35,356 nt of DNA from the NCBI GenBank assembly GCA_031763465.1, contig JARFOE010000192.1, positions 19,022,826-19,058,181 of the forward strand, written 5' to 3'. The stretch comes from Squatina squatina. Lineage: Eukaryota. A model generated the notes under the pieces. That model was not told where the DNA came from. It did no database searches and saw only the letters and a program-made list of their open reading frames with translations. A program made the translations under genes and the position numbers. Numbering within the stretch: the first letter of the stretch is position 1; each line of letters opens with the position of its first letter. Positions 23,262 to 35,356 of this stretch are shown one piece after another.

Positions 23262-24147
23262 CTAGAGGAGCAAACGAAACAGAAAGCCATTTGTGTATCT
23301 GCAGCGAGGTGTTTCAAAGTGGAGGGAGGGCGAGTGAGCACCTGCTCTTCAGGCAGCAGTGCCGCTTGCTCTGGCTCGAGTGGACCTTCCTTAGAGGAGT
23401 CCTAATTAGGATGGCTTTGGCCATCCTTCTTGCATTGCACCTTCTGGTCTTTAGTTATAGACGGGGCAGCACCCAACTGCATTGGGAGGCAGGAAAGGTT
23501 GCAACGTTCCTGTTAAAAATTACCGTGCATGAACGATTTTCCACATTGAAAAGCCGGAGGTCCAGAGAGCTGCGTGGCCAAGCAGCTTAAAGGGAACATT
23601 GGATGAGTGTCTACTGTCAAACCAACAGCGAACATGAACTTGCCAAATGTTATTCACTGGGACCCCGCTCTAGCGCGGTCCATATCGCGAGACCGCGTTA
23701 TAACAAGGTCAGGCACTAGGACCGTGGTGACACCACTACTGCCGATCGGGAAGTGACGGCTAGGCCCCGATTAAAGCCTGGGCCTTTCCTGCGCCTGTAT
23801 CAGTCGCTGAGCGCGTTAGTTCAATCACGAAGAGAGTCAACGGGAGTGGTCACGGACTTGTAACGCGGCTCGTATTGCGGTGTTTTGTTTGTTCTTGGGA
23901 CAGTGAACACTACTCGTCAACTTATTTTGGGATCCAAGAGGGACTGAGTTATAGCAAGTCGCTAGTATAGTCCCAGTGTAAGATGAACTGAAAATCAATC
24001 CTTAAAANNNNNNNNNNNNNNNNNNNNNNNNNNNNNNNNNNNNNNNNNNNNNNNNNNNNNNNNNNNNNNNNNNNNNNNNNNNNNNNNNNNNNNNNNNNNN
24101 NNNNNNNCTGCTTTGCACGGTAAAATGGTCGATAGCATCCATTGCAA

Positions 24148-24153
24148 TTTATT
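24148..24153 (-). promoter_or_regulatory. Candidate poly(A) signal of SACM1L
   Basis: AATAAA on minus strand ~1 kb after the stop, at the end of an AT-rich UTR-like tract. Confidence 0.45.
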
Positions 24154-25154
24154 AACGATTTACAGATGTATTTAAATGTGTTTTAAAAAAAAGACATATG
24201 AACAGATAAACCAGGCACTGTTTGGGGAATAAAAAGGTGAATCTGAATGCATTATTCGGCTAAGAGGAACAAACATATAAACCATTCCATCATGAATATT
24301 TCAACAGTTTGTTAATGTTTATATATTATTGTAATTCTTAATGTAAAGTAGAAGAGGTACTCAAGGAAATATATGTAGAGAGGGTCTCCAGTTGCCAAGC
24401 TGTATCATCTCTCTCTCTCAGAAGAGCAGATTTGAACACTTCAACTATATTATATGGTAATTAATGAAAAGAAAATACCAACAGTATACAACAGGAGGAA
24501 ACAAGATATACAGTTGATCTGTAACATAATACAAATTCCACATTCGTCTAATACTCACTGTACAGTTTTGCAGGTAAATTACAGTCCCCTAGCTGAAGGT
24601 TTGAGTTGTTGCAGAGAGACTGTTTGCACTAAGTTGGGAAAGCAGCAGCAGCAGTTTTTGAAACACCGGGCTAAATGTACTGAGGTCATGCGGAACATTG
24701 CTATCCAAACCTTTGTACAAAACCTTGAATTCAACAACCTGAAGTCTGGAAGCGATTAACTCATTTCTGCAGATACATTATTGCTACGGCGCTATTTCAT
24801 GATATATATATATACAAACAAGCCCAGTGGAAAAAGGGACAACAAAAACAGTACACCTGTTGCATTTGTACGAAACACCAGAGTTTGCTTTTACATTTTT
24901 GGGCATCAGATCGAACTGTCAGGATCAGGTGGTCACACGAACAGGATCTTAAAATCGCTCAGAAGGACAAGGAAGAGAAAGTTTATAAACGGCTGAGGCT
25001 GAACGACGTATCTCCGACTGCCGACCATAACCTTTCGGTCCACCATTAGAAATCGATCAGGAAAGAAATCCGACAGTGTGTGGAAAGCAGGTCAGAAGAC
25101 CCTCCACATTTGCGTAGAATCTTGGCAGCCAAGCTGCTTTCCACAGGTACAAAT

Positions 25155-25291
25155 TCAGTCCATCTTTTCTTTCTGAACCAACTTTGGTGCATCAACAAAC
25201 TCCGTGCCGTTGAAGAGTATGATCGCAGCGGTCCCGAAGCTCGCACTTCCCCAGAACAGCACGTAAGCCAAGGTCTCGGTCCAGGTGTCAC
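25155..25291 (-). CDS. SACM1L: SACM1L (Sac1 PI4P phosphatase) last coding exon
   Basis: tag| then [45 protein letters not shown] (TM segment plus KxKxx retrieval motif). Confidence 0.96.
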
Positions 25292-25945
25292 CTAACAGCA
25301 GGTCCAAAAAAAATGTAATTGTTAAGGACTATCATAATATAATGATAGAATGGTTANNNNNNNNNNNNNNNNNNNNNNNNNNNNNNNNNNNNNNNNNNNN
25401 NNNNNNNNNNNNNNNNNNNNNNNNNNNNNNNNNNNNNNNNNNNNNNNNNNNNNNNNCTGAATCTAGGGAAGTGGACAGTCAAAACAATGCATCGTTCTAC
25501 ACAATATTCCTGTGGAAATAATGAGATTATTGAGACAATGTCAAGGGGTAATTTCCTAAATGTATGAAGTCCCAGCCAAGCAGCATCCCCTTTTTAAATG
25601 TATAGCTTCTCAACATTTTTGGTCCCAACTCAACAACACACTGCTCAACTCAGCAGCCCAAACCTAATACAAGTGAGAAGTACTGCAATACAATGTGTGA
25701 CCATAATACCACGTATTGATTGTTGCACTATACAATATTGATGTGCAAACTAACTTTTTAACAGTATTACCTAAATTACTAACACAGGGAGGGAATTAGC
25801 TTTCTATTGGAAATGCTTCTGGGAATAGCAAAGTGAAGTAGACACCAGTCCTCTGTCCCTTTGGCGTAAGGATAGAATGGCCTCCTTCTGTGTTGCATCA
25901 TTCTATGATTCTAAACATAAAGTACATTACCATCAAACAGCTCAC

Positions 25946-26005
25946 CTCTGGCTGTGCAGCAAATTCCCGCAGGAGGTGCCCATTCCATACAAAGCGCTGG
26001 TCTGC
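25946..26005 (-). CDS. SACM1L: SACM1L internal exon (SAC domain)
   Basis: cag|...|gtgagc, 60 nt; [20 protein letters not shown]. Confidence 0.95.
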
Positions 26006-26449
26006 CTGCAAGGATAATGTCATTGTAAACACAGGTACAAGGTAAACATTCCACAGCACTGATGCTATTTAATTCAATACATGCAGCCTGGGGTTAAAAA
26101 CTGCAACTTGCAACACGACAGGCTTACCTCGCTATATCTTTCCTGATGTGCATATAGCTGAATAGTCCATGTTAAAAGCAACTCGCTCAAAACCAACACG
26201 ACAAGCTGGTGCTGCCAACCAGCGTTAGAGGAACACAAGTCTAGGCAAAATCAGCTGCCAAGCGGCAGCTCTACAGAATGAACAGAGCCAACATTCAAGC
26301 ACTGGGGACATTTTTTTCCTCTGTTCAATAATTAACCTATCAGGAAAGGNNNNNNNNNNNNNNNNNNNNNNNNNNNNNNNNNNNNNNNNNNNNNNNNNNN
26401 NNNNNNNNNNNNNNNNNNNNNNNNNNNNNNNNNNNNNNNNNNNNNNNNN

Positions 26450-27075
26450 CAAGTGGAAACATTCTCTCCTTATCTACCCTGACCAACCCATTCATAATTT
26501 TTAAGACCTCTATTAGGCCATCTCTAAAATGTTTGCTTTCTAAAGGAAAAAGCCCCAGCCTGTTCAATCTTTCCAGATAGCTGTAATCTCTCAGTTCTGT
26601 TACCATCTTTGTAACTCTTCAGTGCACTTTCTCCAGTATTTCTGTGTCATTTTTATAGTATGGAGACCAGACCTGTGCACAGTACTCTAAGTGTGTCCTG
26701 ACCAGGGTCCTAAACAACTTTAACATAACTTCATTACTTTTGAATTCTATACCCCTAGAAATAAATCCCAGTGCTTTGTTAGCATTACCAATTACTTTGC
26801 TGGCCTGTGATGCTGCTTTTGTTCACCAGTATCCCTAGATGCCTTTGTTTTTCTACCCCATTCAGTTTCTTATTTTCTAAGGTATAGTTGATGTTTCTCT
26901 TTTATCCTACCAAAGTATATCACCTCACATTTATTTATGTTAAAGTTTATTTGCCACTTAACTGCCCAGTCCGTATGTTTTCTAATGTCTTTTTGTATTA
27001 TGCTGTATTCTTCCTCAGTGTTGGCTGTGCCCCCCAGTTTTGTATCATCTGTAAATTTTGATATTGTAGTTCTTA
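26450..27075 (-). mobile_element. Degenerate CR1 LINE ORF2 fragment
   Basis: Minus strand: WQINFN..., EYCAQVWSP, YLERLNRLGLFPLE...LIEVLKIMNG. Confidence 0.85.
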
Positions 27076-28168
27076 TTTTGTGCTCTCCTAATCGTTCCAG
27101 TGTAAAGGATCATATTGCAGCATGTATGTTAGGGATACGAGTTTCAGAACACTATTGCCGATCTGTAGAATGTGATGTTCAATTGTACTGCAATTTGCAC
27201 ATAACACTGAATTTAGTGACAAGGAGCTCTCAGCTTGGTGCTGTCACCCAGCTACTGATTTTAATGCTATGACAGCATCAACAGAAGGGTCTACCTAATG
27301 CTGACGTTAAAAAGATTGAAAGGTACTGGCCCTAAATTTCTATGATGGTTGGCATGATTTCCCAGCGGAACCCTTTGAGAAATGCTGTAAGAGGCCGTTT
27401 TCAACTCTTTACACTGTTTCTCTGAGTGCTCTTCCGATCTTGGTCTGAAGTTACGATGGGTGATTGCGATAATCCCCGTGGACATTCATGGCCACATTTA
27501 AAAGTGCCCAGGAGGTACAGTGACTGCCTGAGCATTTTTAAAACCTCCTTGATTCTGTACACTGGGGATTTACTATTCTGTTAAATGGGTATTTCTGCAT
27601 CGGTGTGTCCAAAACCACTTAACATTAATGCAAATGTGGCGGTATAATTGCACTCTGGCTCATAATTAAAGGTGTCAAAGAAGTCATTCTGAAAGTTAGA
27701 ATGAACAAAACCTATATTCTATTATTCATTTATTTTTAAAAACGATATTTTGTTCTTTGCTATTTTATAGAATCACATGGGAGTGAAATTGCCTCTTTTT
27801 ATAGCCCCGTTAGCGCCTCTGGAGGGTGCNNNNNNNNNNNNNNNNNNNNNNNNNNNNNNNNNNNNNNNNNNNNNNNNNNNNNNNNNNNNNNNNNNNNNNN
27901 NNNNNNNNNNNNNNNNNNNNNNNNNNNNNGTTGTAAAAGGTGCTATAGAAATGCAAGTCTTTATGGTGGTAACACAGGCGGGCGGACGGATTAGATTAGA
28001 TGGCGGGGGGTGGGGAGAAGGAATTAAAAAGCACTTCTTTCCTCAACTCAGTAACACATTTCTGTGACGAGTTAATATACCCACAACTGTATCGAAATGA
28101 AGGTAATGCGCAGCTTGCAAAGTGCAGCACGATATCCGCTGGCTGCATGAACTGGCGGAGCTCAGTCA

Positions 28169-28462
<294 letters not shown>

Positions 28463-28557
28463 TCATCACGGCAAAACCGATGCAGTCCGGTCACTGGGCT
28501 GATGAATTACCACTCAAGACACACTCTGTGTTGACCGTGTGAACTTGAGTCAAATAC

Positions 28558-28665
28558 AGAGAAGCTGGGGTTGTTCTCCTTGGAGCAGAGAAGGTTGAGA
28601 GGAGTTTTGTTCAAAATCATGAGGGGTCTGGACAGAGCAGATCGAGATGAAACTGTTCCCATTGG
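28558..28665 (+). mobile_element. CR1 fragment
   Basis: KLGLFSLEQRRLRG...FKIMRGLDR. Confidence 0.8.
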
Positions 28666-29639
28666 NNNNNNNNNNNNNNNNNNNNNNNNNNNNNNNNNNN
28701 NNNNNNNNNNNNNNNNNNNNNNNNNNNNNNNNNNNNNNNNNNNNNNNNNNNNNNNNNNNNNNNNNGCTGGGGCCGGAACTTCGCCTGGGGTTGTAGGATA
28801 TGGCGCAGGACCTGATTTTAAACTGACTTAAATGAGGATTGAAACTGTCATTAATCAGCGAGGCAAAATGCAGGGTGCAGCCAATTAGGTGTGTGGGCTT
28901 GTGCGCGCCTGGCCTTGTTTACTCTTACATGCTAATAGAAATAGAAATAGAAATATATTATAGTGCTGAGCATTGTAGTGGCGTGAACAACTTCTGCTAT
29001 TTCTGAATGTAGTTGCTCACCTGCAATGCGACTTCATTGAACCCTGAACTGTGCTATTAAAGTAACCCATCATTACCACCATTTCCCTGTGAAGTATAAA
29101 TAAATCTCACACATGTAAACAGCAGAACTGGCTGGAAAATGAAATATTTATGATGCTGAAATATCTAGGTTTGAAAAACAATCGGAATCGCATAATTGAC
29201 TTCTCTGATTAAATTAAAATATTGGAATATTATGAACCATTTCAATTCAAAATATAAAGTGCAGATGAGTGATATACACTGTTGTTTCATTTACACCGAT
29301 GTTAATCTAATCGTACCTTGATCAGAGCTAATGCAGATAGGTAGATTTAAATTTTTAAGCCCCTGGCCAAGCAGGAAACATTACAATGCTGTTTTAATGA
29401 GATGTCACGACTCAGAGGTATCACTAAACACTGTCTGCAGGAACTCTGCAAGTCCGCTGGTAGTATTTAGCAGGAGAACACATTAGCTGTCACAGATCAT
29501 GATGTTGGAGAGGTATAAAAGAAACTCTCAGCTTCCTTGAATTCAAGGAGAGGTTGAAAAGTGTACGGAGGGTGTATCAATCGCAGCGCCGGTGATCTAA
29601 TCTGAAAGAAAAGAAAGAACTGCATTTATATAGTGCCTA

Positions 29640-30247
29640 GAATTGATATAATTCTTCATTAAGATGGAACGTGAAGTAGTTGAGTCCGAAACTAGGGTCC
29701 TAAATCTCAATAAAGGAAATGATGAAGGTATGAGGGGTGAGTTGGCAGCGGTAGATTGGGAGCTTTACTAAAAGGGTTGTCGGTAGATAGACAATGGCAA
29801 ATATTTTAAAGAGCGAATGCATGAATTACAACAATTATACATTCCTGTCTGGCGCAAAAACAAAACAGGAAAGGTGGTTCAACCATGGCTTACAAAAGAA
29901 ATCAACGATGATATTAAATCCAAAGAAGAGTCATATAAATTTGCCAGAGAAAGTAGCAAGACTCAGGATTGGGAACAGTTTAGAATTCAACAAAGGAGGA
30001 CAAAGAGATTGATTAAGAGGGGACAAATGAGAATAAACTTGCTAGGAACATATAAACAGACTGTAAAAGCTTCTACAATTATGTAAAGAGAAAAAGATTA
30101 GTGAAGACAAATGTAGGTCCCTTACAGTCAGAAACGGGGGATTCATAATGGGGAGCAAGGAAATAGCAGAGCAATTAAACACGTACTTTCAATCTGTCTT
30201 CACAAAAGAGGACATAAGTAATCTCCCAGAAATGTTAGGGAACCAAG
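29640..30247 (+). mobile_element. CR1 ORF2 fragment (between endonuclease and RT)
   Basis: QPWLTKEINDDIKSKEESYK..., FYNYVKRKR, AEQLNTYFQSVFTKED with frameshifts. Confidence 0.85.
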
Positions 30248-31439
30248 NNNNNNNNNNNNNNNNNNNNNNNNNNNNNNNNNNNNNNNNNNNNNNNNNNNNN
30301 NNNNNNNNNNNNNNNNNNNNNNNNNNNNNNNNNNNNNNNNNNNNNNNGAAGCGAGCATGTCGCTGAAACTTAAGGAAGCCAAACTGCTGGGCTCCCTTTA
30401 TGTCAAGCGGGAGAGCAGCAGGGACTCTCCCCAGTCCAGCTTTCTCCCGTCAAGAGCCGGAGCCTTTCATGTATTCTCACTCTGGGCAGGCAAACCGTGC
30501 CTAAAGCTGTTCCTGCTGAGACAGGTCCACACGATCCCACAAGCTTTTTTCTCTCTCTTACATCCAAGATCTTAATCTTCTGATAATAGCATGAAAAAAA
30601 AAGAGGGCCAGAGAAACCCCAGGGGTTACCTACTGGTAGAAAGTCGTTTGGAAGAAGTGAGTTGTACCATACTTCCTCCCATAAAATGCTAAATGCTGAG
30701 GAGATGTTTTAAAAGCCAACAACCCCGAAACCTAATTTCACCAGCTTGCGATTGTTTGTTTTTCAGCAGCTTGATTTCATGGTCTTTATGTCAATTAAGA
30801 ACCAGTCATCTTTCTCTAAAAATCTTTTGTGGGAGTTTTATCACTCACATTTTGTGTCAGAGCATCATATCGTGTCTAAAGGGGCATCGGTTCTGCTTTC
30901 AGCTACAAACAGAGCAGGACTCGGCACAATTAGTTACCATTTTCCCACATTTACCGGCTGCAGTGTCTTTTATCATCCCAAATACACATCGGTTATTGCG
31001 CTGCCGAATCGTAGCAACCAAAAAGAAAATCAGAATGAATCAGCTTACTAAAAATCTGGCTGTGGCACATCGTTAATAAAATTCTAATTATATCTAATTG
31101 TAATATACATTGGGTTATGAAGTTCAAAGAGCAAACTACTGCAGCAAATTCATTTATTTTATCACTTTAATTAGCTCGTCACTCCTATCTGGATTGCAGC
31201 TGCTGTTTCACCCACTCCAGAAAGCACATATCAATCTGCATTGTCTGCACCAGCTTATATTTTCCAGAGAAAAAAATTGTAGTGTCTCCTTTTTTGTTTT
31301 TCTTCCCTTTGTTTCATTTTATCTGAACAAAAAAAAATGTTCATTCCGAGAGACCAGCAGTGAAGTGGCCCCGCTTTTAAGTTCCCTTTATTCAATAAAT
31401 GTGTTTTCTCTTGCTGATTTGAACAGCGAGGGTGAAAGA

Positions 31440-31559
31440 ACATTGAAATAAAGATGGCGCAGGTTGAATTTGTCCGAGCGAATGTTATTCTAATATGCGC
31501 AGAGGGAAGATGGCGAAGGTTTTGGAGGGGTGGGGGTGGGAGGTGGGGAGTGGGGAAAG
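31440..31559. promoter_or_regulatory. Promoter-like segment with two YY1-type motifs
   Basis: AAGATGGCG at 31451 and 31507, G-rich tract running into the gap, CpG-retaining sequence on both sides. Confidence 0.4.
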
Positions 31560-31949
31560 NNNNNNNNNNNNNNNNNNNNNNNNNNNNNNNNNNNNNNNNN
31601 NNNNNNNNNNNNNNNNNNNNNNNNNNNNNNNNNNNNNNNNNNNNNNNNNNNNNNNNNNNNNNNNNNNNNNNNNNNNNNNNNNNNNNNNNNNNNNNNNNNN
31701 NNNNNNNNNNNNNNNNNNNNNNNNNNNNNNNNNNNNNNNNNNNNNNNNNNNNNNNNNNNNNNTCCGTACGAAAGTGTTATAATTCGGATCGATGAATGAA
31801 TTGTACATTTTCATTGCCGGGGATTTATAAATACGCATTTGTTACTGTTTCATTGACTTGAGGAAATGCCGGGGACTTTCGCTGTTCAAAATACATTTTG
31901 TGATTGACAAGAACGTGTCTGTTGCCTGCAGTCTCCGCAATAGCTCACC

Positions 31950-32615
31950 ATGTCGCCTGCTAACCAGAAGATCAGAAATTATCAATTTCATGCAAGTGCG
32001 TGCACTGGATTCGTAAGTGAGCTTTAACTTTGGATTGACCTGAAAAACACAAACGACACGTTTTGTAAAAGACGATAAATTGCGCGATTGCGATTGGAAT
32101 TTCAGGCGACACCAGTGTAATTTTTTTTCTATACATTTTGTGATTTGAAGTATTCGTTCTGATTATTGAAACATTTTGTCGCAGTCCACATCTGCAGTCC
32201 CAGAATCCTTTGTGGATCTAATCTTTCTTGCAAGTGGAATGGCTTCAATCTTTTCGAGGATTAAAGCCTCAAACCGTCTCAAAATGTGAGAGACCGACAT
32301 TAACAACTTAGAATTACAGCATTGCGTTTGCATGCGGTGGCAACCCAGAAAAAGAAATATTTTTTTAAAACAATGGAGTATGTAACTTGCCGCTTTTCTT
32401 CTGTTAATCGTTCAAAGACGCATTAACCCACCACCCCCCCCAACCCCGCCGCACCTTATTACTTTGCTTTGTAAACTTACTAGACACGCTATTTTTTGGG
32501 TTTATTTCAAATACGCGGCGTATGCAACGCTCTAATCACTTGCTCCAGCCTGCAAGTAGTTTCTGAATATTGTACGCCTACGCTGCTTTTTCCAAAGCTG
32601 CTCTCGGTTATCTGA
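31950..32615 (+). CDS. Candidate 3-exon small ORF (76 aa) or spliced lncRNA: 31950-32012, 32185-32285, 32549-32615
   Basis: CACCATG start, GT-AG junctions, frame open across both introns, stop overlapping AATAAA; no homologue recognised. Confidence 0.4.
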
Positions 32616-35356
32616 ATAAAGGCGTTGGTCGTCTGCCGCAGTCTGCTTCTTTGTATAAAGACGGTAGCATTTTACCCAATGAATGCTTTGCAGCTTTCAA
32701 AATGTGCAAGTTTCCAGTTACAGAACTTCCAGAACAGTGTATCTTTGTCTGTTTGCAATATTTAATATTATGAAGTTGAATTACAGAACCACAAAGTTTG
32801 TTCCCATTCACACATCACCTGATTGGAGTAAATTAAAAACTGAACGGTATTTTTGCAGTGTTTGCCATGGAATAGTACTGCCAGGCTTAAAGAGTTAAAT
32901 AGGACGTTCTGTGGATTTTATTAATAGTCGCAACGTGAAGGTCACAAAGCCAGCAATTCAAAGACTTTCCACAAATATTTATGTACAGAGAGCTCTTATG
33001 GAAAACATGTCGCGATTAACAATACTTACTGAAATAAAGTCCCTTGGCGTTCGAAATTAAGGAGGATTTTTTAAGAATCAACCTTTTCAGGAATAAAGGA
33101 TTTTTGAACCACAACAGAACACCAGGGGTAGCTTTTTTAAGCGACTTAGGAAATACATAAAACTTCTAGTTTGTCTGCAGCAATGCAGCTCGTACAATTG
33201 TATCGTAATAAAGCAGAAGTCTATTGTGGCCATCTTGCAATTTGTGAAAGATGTTTGATCATTTATCTGTTACCAGTCTTTCAACGTTAGTTGTGAACAT
33301 TCAATAGCAATGAATGTGTCTGTATAATATGTATAAGAATATATAGGTGTGTATACATGTGTGTATTTGGCAATACAATATGGGTATGCTGTATGAATGT
33401 GGGTAGTTCATTTACTTAGGTGTGTCAAACATATATGTGTGTGTAAAATGCGTATGAATGTGTACACTGCGTCTGTCTATGAATCTATGCTACCATGCTG
33501 ATTAAAAATAGCTACTTCAAGGAATAAATAAAGATGTGGAAAACCTATTTTATCTTAAGTCACAGTAAGCAGTCCAAAACTATTAATATCCAACCCAGAT
33601 TAATTAGACCACATAGACTGGCATTTTTATCCAACTTTCTATATTGGGCAATTTTTCCTGACTTTGAATAAAATATGCTATATATTATTTTCATGTTTTG
33701 CCCTTGCCAACACATTTAAGTGCTTCTCTTTAATGTTAACTAACTTTATTTTTCACTTTTGTGCTGCTCTGTACCGATTTTCTTCTGTCTTTCCATTTCC
33801 TTCACATGTCCTTTGGCTATGCTGTTTCTTTAAAATTCTTCTCTCCTCTGATCCTCTCTGTCCTTGTCTACAGCTCTTAATATCTGCCTCTGGTCTCCTT
33901 GTTAGCCATTCTGTTGTGATTTATCAGCTGTCACTCTCCTATCTGTAGTTTTTTGTCTTACTCACTCTGTACCAAACCTCCTTCTGCACAACTACCCACC
34001 ACTTTATTGTGCTGTCAGTATCTGAAATGGTCCATTACGTTCAAGAGTCCAGCAGACCCGTCCAATTCTTGTCTTCTGCAAGTTAACAGTAAACAGAGAG
34101 ATACATATTTAACTTTCTGCTTGCATTAACCTAAAGATATCAGCAGCAAAATGCTGACAAGAAGAAAAATTATTGAACAATATTTCAATTCTTCTGATTT
34201 TGCAATTCAAATGATTAGTGCTTTCACTTCATTATTTATTTTTCTCTGAATTTTTCTTTCTCACCAGTTTTCTCCAATTTCTCGCTTCCTCTGAGGGTGT
34301 AGGTTCCTTGCTGGAGTACAGTTCTACAAGTGGCAGACACTNNNNNNNNNNNNNNNNNNNNNNNNNNNNNNNNNNNNNNNNNNNNNNNNNNNNNNNNNNN
34401 NNNNNNNNNNNNNNNNNNNNNNNNNNNNNNNNNNNNNNNNNTAGCTGAATATTTTGCTTGTACGTAGAGCGGTAATTCAGAGACAATGGGCTTCGGTGTA
34501 AGCTGAACTTTTTGATCTTTTTGGAGTGCTCCATTTTTGTATACCCTATATTTGGAGAAACTGCAAGAATGATGTTCACTTCATGATTGGAGTGATTCTC
34601 AATGTTCAACATTTAATTTCAATCCTGGTGCACTTTTTCATCTTTGATTTTCCTGCATTACTTTAAAATAAATATGTAGGATTTGGCTCTGATATATTGC
34701 ATTTTGTAGTCCTAACTGCCTTACGATAGTTTTTTAAAATAGATTTCAAGTTCCTCCATGACTGTCACAGTTCATTTTAATAATGGTTCTTTGCATTGCA
34801 ATGTATAAAAAGCTGCAGAGTTGGTCTCTGTACAATGCCTACTTTATTTAAAAGAATTTCTAACCAGTGCCAACACCAGCAAAAGATTATGTCTTTAAAG
34901 TCGTGGTTCTGGAAATGCAATCAGTATGGCATATTGGAAGGAATGCAACTGTAGAGCAGTTAGGGTGAGGTGTGTGGAGACTGCCGGTCCTTTGAAGTTA
35001 GTCAAATGAATTCCATATGTGTGAAGGAGTAACGACAGCTAGCTTTGGAAACTGATGCAAATAGTCGGATACCAAACATTTTTTTTGTAGTACATCGTAA
35101 TTACTTTATAGGGGCTAGGGGAAACCCAAAATGAATAGCTTGAAGGTGCTCTAAAGACTGGGAAAGTGCAGTAGTGTTAAAGCAGGATGTTGGTTCTTGT
35201 CTGCTGGCTGACTTGAGTTGCTGAGGGAGACATGGTTGGTTGACGGTCATTGGAAAGTTACATGTGCCGAACCGAAAGAAAACACATGCCGTTTAACCCT
35301 GTAAATGCCCAGAAGTTCAAATGTAATTCATGAAGCTGCATTTTGGATACTCTTAA

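Noticed and set aside
23502-23601. Possible MITE with CAACGTTCC...GGGAACATTG ends
   Set aside because: TIR match is weak and no target-site duplication is visible.
29390-29640. Minus-strand acceptor plus short ORF and ATTAAA
   Set aside because: The pyrimidine tract belongs to a SINE/L2 tail and the peptide is unrecognisable.

Overview
Eukaryotic vertebrate DNA, most likely a cartilaginous fish (shark/ray), judging by Deu-domain tRNA-SINEs, abundant CR1/L2 relics and a 67-bp minisatellite. It is a chain of mostly ~1-kb contigs joined by ~100-N spacers, so genes appear only as isolated GT-AG exons. Recognisable exons, in order: the terminal exon of an unidentified gene (+); five exons of ATP2C1/SPCA1 (+); two MRPL3 exons (-); the CPNE4 last exon (-); a dysferlin-type exon (-); SNRPD1 exon 3 (-); two SACM1L exons (-); the LARS2 KMSKS exon (-). 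Repeats include a 35-bp tandem array split by an RTE LINE, a hAT MITE with a perfect 8-bp TSD, a Vingi/Ingi-like LINE 3' end abutting the ATP2C1 last splice acceptor, SINEs, CR1/L2 fragments and microsatellites. No CRISPR, operon or other prokaryotic system is present. The best novelty candidates are a compact 3-exon, 76-codon spliced ORF with a poly(A) signal (31.9-32.6 kb), the LINE-remodelled ATP2C1 acceptor, and the structured satellite. Gene calls rest on my recall of orthologue sequences, not on database searches.
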